This document shows positions 28,134 through 38,888 of a stretch of DNA of 64,000 nt, piece after piece. The DNA lies in contig JAURPG010000106.1 of assembly GCA_030835405.1 (NCBI GenBank), positions 6,067 through 70,066 of the forward strand, read 5' to 3'. The translations under genes were made by a program, and so were the position numbers. The notes under the pieces were generated by a model, which saw only the letters and a list, made by a program, of their open reading frames with translations, searched no databases and had not been told where the DNA came from. How positions within the stretch are numbered: position 1 is the stretch's first letter; each line of letters starts with the position of its first letter. The stretch comes from Gammaproteobacteria bacterium (lineage in GTDB: Bacteria > Pseudomonadota > Gammaproteobacteria > Eutrophobiales > Eutrophobiaceae).

Positions 28134-28454
28134 ATGAGTGGAAATTTAACTGCCTGGATTGGTATTTTGGTCGGTTGGCCATTTGTGATTGTTGGGATGA
28201 TCCTGTCAATCCTTGCAATTATTAAAACCGCGCCACGGACATTTTTTTTAGCCGCCATTTTCTTTTTGCCGATGAGTTTTTATCTGTCGGGTTCCAATTC
28301 CTGGATGGGAAAATCTGCAATGCTGATATTGCCAGTGACCTTGTTATGCTGGTACACGTTAAACAAGGGTTTTATTAAAACCACCATCATGCTTATTTCA
28401 TCAATACTTATCTATTATTCCTATATCGGTTATGTAGTTGTATTGTCCTCTTAA
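28134..28454 (+). CDS. Small hypothetical membrane protein
   Basis: It is 106 aa with three predicted TM segments and nothing else recognisable. Confidence 0.4.
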   Translation: MSGNLTAWIGILVGWPFVIVGMILSILAIIKTAPRTFFLAAIFFLPMSFYLSGSNSWMGKSAMLILPVTLLCWYTLNKGFIKTTIMLISSILIYYSYIGYVVVLSS

Positions 28455-28478
28455 AATACAACAATACTTTGTTGTATT
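28455..28478 (+). terminator. Perfect 10-bp palindrome (aatacaacaa-tact-ttgttgtatt) overlapping the stop of the small membrane-protein gene
   Basis: This is a direct reverse-complement match. It could be a terminator or an operator. Confidence 0.3.
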
Positions 28479-28590
28479 CGTAGCATTTCTAACAAATTCT
28501 CCTCTCATTGGATGTTATGACTAATAAAAATCAGTAAATTTGTTTATCATGGATTAAATACATAGAGTACATTTCCAGGGGAGGTCTGTT

Positions 28591-30120
28591 ATGAGTGTCG
28601 GTCGTCGTGACTTTTTAAAGTTGGTGGCCGGAGTAGGTGCCACGCAATCAATTTCATTAGTATCAACTCCCAGTTTATTTGCCCAGTCATTGCCCGCTGA
28701 GATTACCGCCATGACTGCTTCACAGTTATCTATTGCGATTAGATCCAGGCAGGTGAGTTGTGTGGAAGTTATGCAAGCCTATCTCGATAGAATTCATAAA
28801 ATAAACCCTGTCTATAATGTTATTGTCAGCATGGTAGAAGATGATTTGCTCATCGAGCAGGCGAGATTTGCAGACCAGGCGTTGAGTAAGGAAGAATACT
28901 GGGGCTGGATGCATGGTATGCCCCATGCGGTGAAAGACCTGGCCAATGCCCGGGGGCTTGAGACCAGTTATGGATCACCTTTATTTGCCGGCACGATTGC
29001 AGAAAATGATGATATTCATGTCTCGCGCATCCGTGGTCAGGGGGCCATCTTTATTGGTAAGACCAATGTCCCGGAATTCGGGCTGGGGTCTCAGTCCTAT
29101 AATACTGTTCATGGAACAACAAAAAATGCCTATAACCCTGCACTGACCTCCGGTGGAAGCAGTGGTGGTGCTGCATCTGGCATGGCATTACAGGTACTAC
29201 CCACCGCAGATGGAAGTGACATGATGGGTTCCCTTAGAAATCCAGCAGGATTTAATAATGTGGTGGGTTTCAGACCCAGCCAGGGTCGAGTACCAGCAAC
29301 ACCCAGTGATCTCTTTTATCATCAATTATCAGTCAATGGCCCCATGGGCCGGAATGTGGAAGATACCATCCGGTTGTTAAATACCATTGCCGGTTTCGAT
29401 GCAAGATCGCCATTAAGTCTCAAGGATACTATTCCGGATTATGAATCCTTCAGAAAGTCACATTTTCTTGATTATCGAATTGGCTGGATGGGTAATTATG
29501 AAGGATACCTGGCAACTGAACCTGGTGTGATTGATATATGTGAACGGGCATTAGCGCGACTGGATCAGTTTGGAGTCATTGTAGAAAATTGTCAGCCGGA
29601 ATATGACATGGCCAGGCTCTGGCAGACATGGCTCACTTTCAGGCACTGGTCACAGACAGGACGGCAGGCGCAGTACCATGATCCACAAATAAAAAGGCAG
29701 TTTAAACCGGAACTGGTCTGGGAGATTGAAGGGAGTTTTGATATTTCAGGTGAGCGACTTTCCAGGGCCGCGGTAGACCGTGCTGACTGGTATCGGGCAT
29801 TGCATAAATTGTTCCAGAAATACGATATCCTGGCACTACCCAGTGCACAGGTCTTTCCATTCGATGCAGATATTCATTGGCCGAAAGCCATTAATGGCAG
29901 GACCATGGACACTTACCATCGTTGGATGGAGGTGGTGATTGGAGGTACATTGGCCGGATTGCCAGTGGTCAGCTTGCCAGCTGGTTTTAATAACGAAGGC
30001 AAGCCAATGGGGATCCAGTTTATCGGCAGGATGGGCAAGGACCAAGAGGTCCTGGAGTTTGCCATGGCCTATGATGTAGTAACTGATTACTTACAGGTAC
30101 GGCCTGATATTCAGGCCTAA
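28591..30120 (+). CDS. Amidase-signature family amidase with a Tat signal peptide
   Basis: The twin-arginine motif is MSVGRRDFLKLVAGVGA. The amidase signature GGSSGGAAS is present, as is the catalytic Ser/Lys context. Size is 509 aa. Confidence 0.8.
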   Translation: MSVGRRDFLKLVAGVGATQSISLVSTPSLFAQSLPAEITAMTASQLSIAIRSRQVSCVEVMQAYLDRIHKINPVYNVIVSMVEDDLLIEQARFADQALSKEEYWGWMHGMPHAVKDLANARGLETSYGSPLFAGTIAENDDIHVSRIRGQGAIFIGKTNVPEFGLGSQSYNTVHGTTKNAYNPALTSGGSSGGAASGMALQVLPTADGSDMMGSLRNPAGFNNVVGFRPSQGRVPATPSDLFYHQLSVNGPMGRNVEDTIRLLNTIAGFDARSPLSLKDTIPDYESFRKSHFLDYRIGWMGNYEGYLATEPGVIDICERALARLDQFGVIVENCQPEYDMARLWQTWLTFRHWSQTGRQAQYHDPQIKRQFKPELVWEIEGSFDISGERLSRAAVDRADWYRALHKLFQKYDILALPSAQVFPFDADIHWPKAINGRTMDTYHRWMEVVIGGTLAGLPVVSLPAGFNNEGKPMGIQFIGRMGKDQEVLEFAMAYDVVTDYLQVRPDIQA

Positions 30121-30150
30121 AGAATTATACTCAGGATATGAATAGTCAGA

Positions 30151-31044
30151 ATGGGTGAGCATATCCCTCAACTTCCTGTTCTGGGTATTGGGGCCAGTCT
30201 GAGCTTATCGGCAAAGCCGGACCCGGTATCCCTTGTCAACAAAAAACACGGTCCCAGTTTTGTTGAGTATGCAGGATTGGCCGATGTTGATCAGGTGATC
30301 GATGAAGTCACCCGCATTAGGAAAACTGGCAAGCCGGTACTTTTTCATCCGTCATATATTAATTTTTGTGGTTCCTACCCAAATTCTGAGCACTGGCTCA
30401 AGGCAACTGCCCGGCATATCGAACAGGTGGGGTCACCCTGGTTTGCCCAGGACTGTGCCTATTGTTTCTGGGAAGAGGGTCATGGATATTCCAGTCAGTT
30501 TGGCTATTTTATTCCACCCATTCTGAACAAAGCCTCACTCGCCCGGGCCATTGACCGGGTCAAGGAGGTGCAGGACCTGGTGCCGGTAACCGTGGCAATA
30601 GAGCCGCCGCCAGTTTCATTCGTGTTGGGTTCAATCCCGGTATTTTCATTTTTTGGCGAGATTGCAGATGCTGCAGACTGCGCATTATTGCTGGATATGG
30701 GGCACCTGGTTTCCTATGAGATGGCAAGCGGAATAGCCGTAACGGATTCACTTTCAGAGCTGCCAGTAGAGAGGGTAATAGAAGTCCACGTAGCCGGTGG
30801 TCGAATCAAACAGGGTGAATCCGGCCCCATCTATGTGGATGCCCATGAATGTCAGATCCAGCAGGTAACCTGGGAGATGCTGGACAGGATGCTTCCTCAC
30901 CTGCCTAATGTGAAAGCAGTATGTTTTGAGTGTGAAGGGGTGGATGAAAAAACAGTCATGTCCACTTTGAAACGCATCCGCAACCAGGTCAGGGCCAGTA
31001 GTAGTAATGCGGCATTAATATCCATACTGGATCAAATGCAATGA
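30151..31044 (+). CDS. DUF692 / multinuclear non-haem iron-dependent oxidative enzyme (MNIO; MbnB/HvfB/BufB family)
   Basis: It has a TIM-barrel-like pattern with blocks that align to UPF0276/DUF692 proteins I recall: WFAQDCAYCF, VTVAIEPPPVSF, CALLLDMGHL, EVHVAGG...YVDAHE and CFECEGVDE. Size is 297 aa. Confidence 0.7.
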   Translation: MGEHIPQLPVLGIGASLSLSAKPDPVSLVNKKHGPSFVEYAGLADVDQVIDEVTRIRKTGKPVLFHPSYINFCGSYPNSEHWLKATARHIEQVGSPWFAQDCAYCFWEEGHGYSSQFGYFIPPILNKASLARAIDRVKEVQDLVPVTVAIEPPPVSFVLGSIPVFSFFGEIADAADCALLLDMGHLVSYEMASGIAVTDSLSELPVERVIEVHVAGGRIKQGESGPIYVDAHECQIQQVTWEMLDRMLPHLPNVKAVCFECEGVDEKTVMSTLKRIRNQVRASSSNAALISILDQMQ

Positions 31045-31958
31045 GTTTTGCTGAACAGGAAAGGGCGTTATTTGATCTGTTATTCGATGGGCGCGTCAGG
31101 GACAGGTTTTCTCAGGATTCAAATGCAGCCCTTGCTGAATATGACCTTGATGAAGATGAACGACAGGATTTTTCAGTATTGCGTCAAGATGCGCTTGAAG
31201 TTGATGCCTGTATCCGGGTTAACCTGGTGATGTCCCAATTGTGTCGTTCATATCCTATTAGTTTCAGTATCCTGTCATCAATAAACAATGGTATTGAACT
31301 GTTAAAAAGTCTAGTCGATGTGACCACCATGCGTTCACCTCATGTCGATAGGCCTGTGGTTTATGGTAAACGCCTGGGTAATGAGTTGGTGCAGTGTGCA
31401 TTTAATTCAAATAAAGAAAAACAATTATTATCAGCTATATTACAACTGGAACTGGGTATGGCATGGACCGCATCCAGTTTAAAACGAGTCGTGATTGAAA
31501 GGGGTGAGCAAGCAGATACGGACTCCGGCTTAGTGGATGACTGGGCAGACAGGCCGGTTACCCTGGCGGAATTTGTGACCGCCGGGTTGTTGCCATTGTC
31601 TTATAAAAAGATCAAACGGCGTCTTTGCCCGGTATCTGATAATGAATTATGGCGGTCCCTGACACGTACACCTACATCTTCATCAACATTAAAATCACTG
31701 CTTTCAAGAGATGATCCAAGGTTGTTGGTCTCAAGGGCAAAGATTGAGCATATGTCATTCTGCGAGCCCACCGTATCCCATCAGACGACCGAATTAAGTG
31801 AAGGTTTTGCCCCACTGTTCCAGCATGTCAATGGCAAAGTGAGCGTGAATGCATTGCTGGCTAATTTAAAACAGTCAGGTGCAGACGATAGTCTGCTCAA
31901 AAGTGTTAAATCCGGATTCGAGCAGCTATTAACCAATGGTATGTTACTGACTACTTGA
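31041..31958 (+). CDS. DUF2063-like partner protein (HvfC/BufC-like), translationally coupled to the MNIO gene
   Basis: ATGA overlaps the MNIO stop. The N-terminus MSFAEQERALFDLLFD... matches the pattern of DUF2063 partners of DUF692. Size is 305 aa. Confidence 0.5.
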   Translation: MSFAEQERALFDLLFDGRVRDRFSQDSNAALAEYDLDEDERQDFSVLRQDALEVDACIRVNLVMSQLCRSYPISFSILSSINNGIELLKSLVDVTTMRSPHVDRPVVYGKRLGNELVQCAFNSNKEKQLLSAILQLELGMAWTASSLKRVVIERGEQADTDSGLVDDWADRPVTLAEFVTAGLLPLSYKKIKRRLCPVSDNELWRSLTRTPTSSSTLKSLLSRDDPRLLVSRAKIEHMSFCEPTVSHQTTELSEGFAPLFQHVNGKVSVNALLANLKQSGADDSLLKSVKSGFEQLLTNGMLLTT

Positions 31959-31969
31959 TGATATAAATA

Positions 31970-32056
31970 TGGTGCCGGGAAAGGGAATCGAACCCCCACT
32001 CAGTTGCCTGAACCGGATTTTGAATCCGGCGCGTCTACCAGTTCCGCCACCCCGGC
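31970..32056 (-). tRNA. leuX: tRNA-Leu(CAA), class II tRNA with a long variable arm
   Basis: The reverse complement reads GCCGGGGTGGCGGAACTGGTAGACGCGCCGGATTCAAAATCCGGTTCAGGCAACTGAGTGGGGGTTCGATTCCCTTTCCCGGCACCA. The anticodon stem-loop is CCGGA-TTCAAAA-TCCGG with anticodon CAA. GTTCGATTC is the T-loop, and there is a 3' CCA. Confidence 0.9.
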
Positions 32057-32153
32057 AATGTAACAGGATGAAAGCCCGCCAAGTATAAGAAAAGTCGAGC
32101 CAGTATTAAACCTTTATCCGTACCCTTGTTTTAGAATCTGATAAGATTTTGTC

Positions 32154-33173
32154 ATGAAACGCAGTGAATTTTACTTTGATCTACCCCAGGAGTTGATTGC
32201 CCAGCATCCCCTGGAACGTCGCGAGGACAGCCGGTTATTGTATATTTCCCGGAAATCTAACGAACTGAAGGACAGTCAATTCCGACAACTAGCTGATTTA
32301 CTGGAACCTGGTGATTTACTGGTATTTAATGATAGTAAGGTAATTCCGGCACGGCTATATGGTCATAAGGACAGTGGTGGAAAGGTGGAAATCCTTATTG
32401 AACGTATCCTTGACAATAAATCTGTATTGGCCCAGGTCAGGGCCAGTAAGTCACCAGGTAAAGGGACAAGCATATACCTGGATAATAAAAATAATTTTGT
32501 TGTCACGGGTAGATCTGGAGAATTCTTTCAACTTCAGGTCGAGGAAGGCAGTGATATTATTTCGCTACTGGAAAAGTTTGGCCATATCCCCCTGCCTCCT
32601 TATATTAAACGTGAAGATGCCTCAGAGGATAAAGATCGTTATCAGACAATATATGCCAGCAATCCCGGTGCCGTGGCGGCACCAACGGCCGGTCTGCACT
32701 TTTCCAGGGAGATATTTCAGCAATTAAAAAAAAATAATATCAACACAGGATATATAACACTGCATGTAGGGGCGGGGACATTTCAGCCTGTCAGATGTGA
32801 TGATATAAAAGACCACAAAATGCACAGGGAGTGGTTTTCAGTCAGTGATGAATTAGTCCAACTTGTTGAAGACACCCGGCAGCAGGGCGGCAGGGTCATT
32901 GCTGTGGGAACCACTGTGGTCAGAACCCTGGAGTCTGCCGCTCGTGATGGAAAGTTGATTCCAGGGACAGGAGACACAGATATCTTTATATACCCGGGAT
33001 ATAGTTTTCAATTAATCGATGGACTGGTGACAAATTTTCATCTTCCAGAATCGACCTTACTCATGTTGATCAGTGCCTTTGCAGGTAAAAACATGATAAT
33101 GAAAGCCTATGAGCATGCCATTTTCGAGAAATATCGATTTTTTAGTTATGGGGATGCGATGTTAATACTGTGA
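32154..33173 (+). CDS. queA: S-adenosylmethionine:tRNA ribosyltransferase-isomerase
   Basis: The N-terminus is MKRSEFYFDLPQELIAQHPLERREDSRLL. Its length and its position upstream of tgt fit queA. Confidence 0.9.
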   Translation: MKRSEFYFDLPQELIAQHPLERREDSRLLYISRKSNELKDSQFRQLADLLEPGDLLVFNDSKVIPARLYGHKDSGGKVEILIERILDNKSVLAQVRASKSPGKGTSIYLDNKNNFVVTGRSGEFFQLQVEEGSDIISLLEKFGHIPLPPYIKREDASEDKDRYQTIYASNPGAVAAPTAGLHFSREIFQQLKKNNINTGYITLHVGAGTFQPVRCDDIKDHKMHREWFSVSDELVQLVEDTRQQGGRVIAVGTTVVRTLESAARDGKLIPGTGDTDIFIYPGYSFQLIDGLVTNFHLPESTLLMLISAFAGKNMIMKAYEHAIFEKYRFFSYGDAMLIL

Positions 33174-33225
33174 GGGGTGAAAAGTAAGGAGTACAATTTA
33201 ATCCATAAAACCATGTTAGGAGTAG

Positions 33226-34347
<1,122 letters not shown>

Positions 34348-34512
34348 TGGTGATTTTTCTACTCCACTGAGAGAGTCCGTCCGTAACTGGCCGGATTTTC
34401 ATGAATCGTGGCAAAAAAGTCATTATTTTAAGGTGTAAGGTCCTTAAAAGTAGGCACAAAATCATTAGTCTATGGCATAATGCCGGGTTTTATAGCCAAG
34501 AGAAGGTCTTGA

Positions 34513-34845
34513 ATGGTCGATTTTTTTATTACCAATGCCTATGCACAGGCAGCGTCCCCGCAGCAAGGTGGTGGGTCATTTTTAGTCATGATGGTCATTT
34601 TTTTTGTGATCTTCTATTTTATGTTGATGCGTCCGCAAATGAAGCAGGCCAAGGAGCATAAAAAGCTAATTGACAATTTAAGCAAGGGTGATGAGGTTGT
34701 AATCAGTGGCGGTTTGCTGGGGAGAATCACTCTGATCGATGAAAATTTTATTGTTCTTGAAATTGCATCACAAACGGAAGTGAAGATACAGAAACAGTCA
34801 GTTACTTCTTTGTTGCCCAAAGGGACAATAAAAGAAATTAAATAA
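34513..34845 (+). CDS. yajC: Preprotein translocase subunit YajC
   Basis: The central block LMRPQMKQAKEHKKLIDNLSKGDEVVISGGLLGRI resembles E. coli YajC. It lies upstream of secDF. Confidence 0.85.
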   Translation: MVDFFITNAYAQAASPQQGGGSFLVMMVIFFVIFYFMLMRPQMKQAKEHKKLIDNLSKGDEVVISGGLLGRITLIDENFIVLEIASQTEVKIQKQSVTSLLPKGTIKEIK

Positions 34846-34867
34846 TGCAGTAAAGGGTTTCTTTGAA

Positions 34868-36721
34868 ATGAATCGTTATCCACTCTGGAAATATATCTTA
34901 ATCTCTATTATTACAGGTTTGGCGGTACTATATGCCTTGCCTAACATTTACGGAAAGGATCCTGCCGTACAAATTTCCTCGTCTCGAGGCCAGGTGACAG
35001 AGCTCACTCAATTTGAAGTGGAGGCTGCACTTGAAGATGCAGGAATTGAGTATGCTGAAATTGAATATGGCCTGAACACCATGATCATCCGGTTCAGTGA
35101 TGAAGACGTACAGCTGAGGGCAAGGGATGCCATACGAGCTGCGTTGAATAATACTTATGTGGTTGCGTTGAATCTGGCGGCGGCTACCCCGGATTGGTTG
35201 GATTCGCTGGGTGGCGAGCCAATGTTTCTTGGTCTGGATCTTAGAGGTGGAGTCAATTTTCTGCTTGAAGTGGACATGGATGCCGCGATTACAAAAGCAC
35301 AAGAGCGCTATGTCTCTGATCTTCGAACCCTACTCAGAGACGAAGGTATTAGGTATAGAACGATCAATCTTAATGATGATGGTGTGTTAATCAGGTTTCG
35401 TGATACCGAATCCAGAACACAGGCAATCCCGATAATTGAAAATAATTACCTGGAACTCAGTGTCTCGGAAATAAATAACAATTCGGAAGATTTTGCCTTA
35501 CTGGTATCTATTAGCGATGCCTCAGTTAGTGAAACCCGGGTTAATGCCTTACAGCAGAATATTATTACTTTGAGAAAACGCGTTAATGAGTTGGGTGTAG
35601 CCGAACCTGTCATTCAGCAACAGGGGCAGGACAGGATCGTTGTACAACTTCCGGGTGTACAGGATACGGCGCGTGCCAAGGAAATCCTCGGGGCAACGGC
35701 AACACTGGAATTCCGTATGGTGGATATGGAAAATGATGTGCAGGCAGCATTAGAGGGACGTGTTCCGCCTTCTTCCAGACTTTACTATACGCGTGATGGC
35801 ATACCATTATTAATCAAAAGGCAAATCATGCTGACCGGTGAATATATCATCGGGGCAGCCTCAGGGATTGATGCATTATCCGGCGGTCCGAATGTCTCCA
35901 TAACACTTGATGGTCGTGGTGAACGTATATTTCGCCAGGCTACTGCAGATGAAGTCGGTAAGAATATGGCTATTATTTTTATCGAAAACAAGACTGAAAC
36001 AGTAGAAGAAAATGGTGAACTGGTCAGGAAAACCGAAGTCGTTGAAGAGGTAATCAGTAATGCCACGATTCTTGAACAACTGGGTAAACGGTTTCAGATC
36101 ACTGGTCTGGATTCACCCCAGGAAGCCCGCAACCTGGCGTTATTATTGCGTGCCGGTGCGCTGGCCGCCCCGGTTCAGATCGTAGAAGAGCGCACGGTTG
36201 GGCCCAGCCTGGGGCAGGAAAACATCAACCAGGGATTTCAATCAGTAATGATTGGATTTTTGCTGGTTTTGGTATTTATGTTCGTTTATTACAAGGTATT
36301 TGGTATAGCCGCGAATATAGCATTGACATTGAACCTGGTGTTGATTGTCTCCTTGCTGTCCCTTTTGCAGGCCACTCTGACATTACCTGGTATTGCAGGT
36401 ATCGTATTAACTGTGGGTATGGCAGTGGATGCGAATGTGCTTATTTATGAAAGGATACGCGAGGAACTGAGAAACGGTAATTCACCCCATGCCAGTATCC
36501 ATGCCGGTTATGAAAAGGCCTTCTCAACCATCGCAGACGCAAACATTACCACCTTTATTGCCGCCCTGGTTTTATTTAGCTTCGGGACTGGCCCGATAAA
36601 AGGTTTTGCCGTTACCCTGTGTTTGGGAATTGCATGTTCAATGTTTACTGCCATCATGGTAACCAGGGCGATTGTTAACCTGATTTACGGTGGTAAACGA
36701 CTTAAATCACTGGCGATATAA
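34868..36721 (+). CDS. secD: Protein translocase subunit SecD
   Basis: It is 617 aa with a large periplasmic domain and C-terminal TM bundle motifs, followed directly by secF. Confidence 0.9.
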   Translation: MNRYPLWKYILISIITGLAVLYALPNIYGKDPAVQISSSRGQVTELTQFEVEAALEDAGIEYAEIEYGLNTMIIRFSDEDVQLRARDAIRAALNNTYVVALNLAAATPDWLDSLGGEPMFLGLDLRGGVNFLLEVDMDAAITKAQERYVSDLRTLLRDEGIRYRTINLNDDGVLIRFRDTESRTQAIPIIENNYLELSVSEINNNSEDFALLVSISDASVSETRVNALQQNIITLRKRVNELGVAEPVIQQQGQDRIVVQLPGVQDTARAKEILGATATLEFRMVDMENDVQAALEGRVPPSSRLYYTRDGIPLLIKRQIMLTGEYIIGAASGIDALSGGPNVSITLDGRGERIFRQATADEVGKNMAIIFIENKTETVEENGELVRKTEVVEEVISNATILEQLGKRFQITGLDSPQEARNLALLLRAGALAAPVQIVEERTVGPSLGQENINQGFQSVMIGFLLVLVFMFVYYKVFGIAANIALTLNLVLIVSLLSLLQATLTLPGIAGIVLTVGMAVDANVLIYERIREELRNGNSPHASIHAGYEKAFSTIADANITTFIAALVLFSFGTGPIKGFAVTLCLGIACSMFTAIMVTRAIVNLIYGGKRLKSLAI

Positions 36722-36723
36722 CT

Positions 36724-37659
36724 ATGGATTTATTTAATAAAGAATCACACATTAACTTCCTTGGTCATCAAAAAATTGCGGCGATTTTTTCCGCGGTATT
36801 GATATTGACTTCCATAGCGATAACTTTCATTAACGGACTTAATTTTGGTGTGGACTTTACCGGGGGAACCATCGTCGAGCTCAGGTACGAAAACCCCGTC
36901 AATCTGCAGGAGGTCAGGAGTGTCCTGAATAATTCCGAATTTGCAGGTGCCATCGTGCAAAACTATGGCTCAGCAAATGAGGTTTTAATCAGATTGGCCC
37001 CGATTGATGAATTGAACAGTTCACAGATCAGTACCGAGGTAACCAGGTTACTCAGTCAATCTGGGAGCAATGTGGAACTCAGACGGGTTGAATTTGTAGG
37101 TGCGCAGGTAGGTGAAGAATTGACTGAAAGTGGTGGTCTCGCCATGTTGTTTGCCCTGTTTGGTATCCTGGTGTATGTTGCAATTCGTTTCCAGACCCGG
37201 TTTTCGCTTGGAGCAATTGCTGCCCTAGTTCATGATATTATTATCACTATAGGATTTTTTGCCATCACACAGGTAGATTTCGACTTAAGCGTATTGGCCG
37301 CAATCCTCGCCGTGATAGGTTACTCACTAAACGATACTATTGTTGTGTTTGACCGTATCAGGGAAAACTTTAAGCGCCTTAGAAATTCAACGCCATTTGA
37401 GGTATGTAATACTTCCATAAATCAGACTATGAGCCGCACCATAATCACCGGCTTGACGACTCTGCTGGTTCTCTTTGCATTATTTTTCCTCGGCGGGGAA
37501 ACCATCCATGGATTTGCTATAGCGCTGATTGTGGGTGTCATTGTGGGCACTTACTCATCTATCTATGTGGCCAGTCCCGTTACCCTGGCATTGGGTATTT
37601 CCAGGCAGGACCTGATGCCGGTGGAGAAAGAAGGTGAGGAATTACCCGAACGCCCCTGA
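36724..37659 (+). CDS. secF: Protein translocase subunit SecF
   Basis: It is 311 aa with the SecF TM pattern and lies 2 nt after secD. Confidence 0.9.
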   Translation: MDLFNKESHINFLGHQKIAAIFSAVLILTSIAITFINGLNFGVDFTGGTIVELRYENPVNLQEVRSVLNNSEFAGAIVQNYGSANEVLIRLAPIDELNSSQISTEVTRLLSQSGSNVELRRVEFVGAQVGEELTESGGLAMLFALFGILVYVAIRFQTRFSLGAIAALVHDIIITIGFFAITQVDFDLSVLAAILAVIGYSLNDTIVVFDRIRENFKRLRNSTPFEVCNTSINQTMSRTIITGLTTLLVLFALFFLGGETIHGFAIALIVGVIVGTYSSIYVASPVTLALGISRQDLMPVEKEGEELPERP

Positions 37660-37724
37660 TAAGACGGTTTTAGCTATAACCAGGAATATTCCAGCCAACA
37701 TCACTGCACGCGAGGCCGACTGTC

Positions 37725-38888
37725 ATGCGTATTGTGGCGGATGATGCCATACCTTTTATCTCCCGGGTATTTGATCCTGCCCATCAACTGACACTTCTCA
37801 ATCACCGCGAGATCACAAGGGAAAGCCTTAAACATACCGATATACTCATCGTTCGTTCAGTGACACGTGTGGATGAGGCACTTTTGGATGGGACAGATGT
37901 GAAGATCGTTGCCACAGCAACCAGTGGCATTGATCATGTTGAGCAAACCTATCTACAGTCTGCAGGTATCACTTTAATCAATACCCCCGGTTGTAATGCA
38001 CGTTCAGTGGCGGAGTATGTATTAAGTAGTATTTACGTATTAGGGAGAAAAAATATAATCGATCCTACTGATATTACAGTGGGAATTATCGGTTGTGGCC
38101 ATGTCGGGACTTGTGTTGCTTCGCTGCTGGCTGCCACTGGTTGTAGATACATGCTTTACGATCCACCACTTCAAGCCGCCGGAGATGACCGTGAATATGC
38201 ATCATTAGAAGAGATCCAGGCCGCAGATATAATCACTTTACATGTTCCATTGGATATGGAAGGTCCGCATCCTACTTACCGTTTAGTTGATGAACATTTT
38301 TTATCAGCAGTGAAGACAAATGCTGTCATTATTAATTCATCCAGGGGTGGTGTCATTGATGAACTTGCCCTGCTTGATCATCTTAATACAGACAAACTTG
38401 CTAGTGTGGTACTGGATGTTTGGGAAAACGAACCCCAAATCAATCAGGCCCTGTTATCGAAAACTATCATTTCCACCCCGCATATTGCCGGATATAGTCT
38501 TGATGCAAAGTACCAGGGTGTCAGGCAAGTATCCGAAAAAATTTATAAACTGTATCCGGCGGATAATACCATTCCGTCCCCTGATATTGCCCTGCCTATG
38601 GCGGATCGCTACCTTACTGTGACAGACGCCATGGATGATAATGAAGTGATACAATTCGCTGTATTATCTGGTTATGATGTCAGTAAAGATTCTGATAGAT
38701 TTAAACAGGTAAGTAACGGTCAGGAAGATTATTCTGGTAAAAAATTTGCTGACTTCAGAAAGAATTATCCGGTGCGAAGGGAATTTACCAACTTTACTGT
38801 ATGCCTGCCACCGTCCAGAAAAATGTGTAGACTTCAACTTGAAGGCCTTGGGTTCAAGGTCACGCTGCAGGAAAATAATATTTCATGA
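37725..38888 (+). CDS. pdxB: Erythronate-4-phosphate dehydrogenase
   Basis: It resembles E. coli PdxB along its length (VVLDVWENEP, HIAGYSLDAK, FADFRKNYPVRREF). It belongs to the D-2-hydroxyacid dehydrogenase family with a PdxB-specific C-terminal domain. Confidence 0.75.
   Translation: MRIVADDAIPFISRVFDPAHQLTLLNHREITRESLKHTDILIVRSVTRVDEALLDGTDVKIVATATSGIDHVEQTYLQSAGITLINTPGCNARSVAEYVLSSIYVLGRKNIIDPTDITVGIIGCGHVGTCVASLLAATGCRYMLYDPPLQAAGDDREYASLEEIQAADIITLHVPLDMEGPHPTYRLVDEHFLSAVKTNAVIINSSRGGVIDELALLDHLNTDKLASVVLDVWENEPQINQALLSKTIISTPHIAGYSLDAKYQGVRQVSEKIYKLYPADNTIPSPDIALPMADRYLTVTDAMDDNEVIQFAVLSGYDVSKDSDRFKQVSNGQEDYSGKKFADFRKNYPVRREFTNFTVCLPPSRKMCRLQLEGLGFKVTLQENNIS

Noticed and set aside
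28591-30120. The Tat amidase as the direct peptide substrate or precursor of the adjacent MNIO
   Set aside because: It is a full-length amidase-signature enzyme with no Cys-rich C-terminal extension. I have no sequence evidence for this role, so I mention it only as context in the MNIO finding.
34401-34661. 86-aa ORF overlapping the yajC start
   Set aside because: It is in a different frame from the well-conserved yajC, and its translation is low-complexity with no homology signal.
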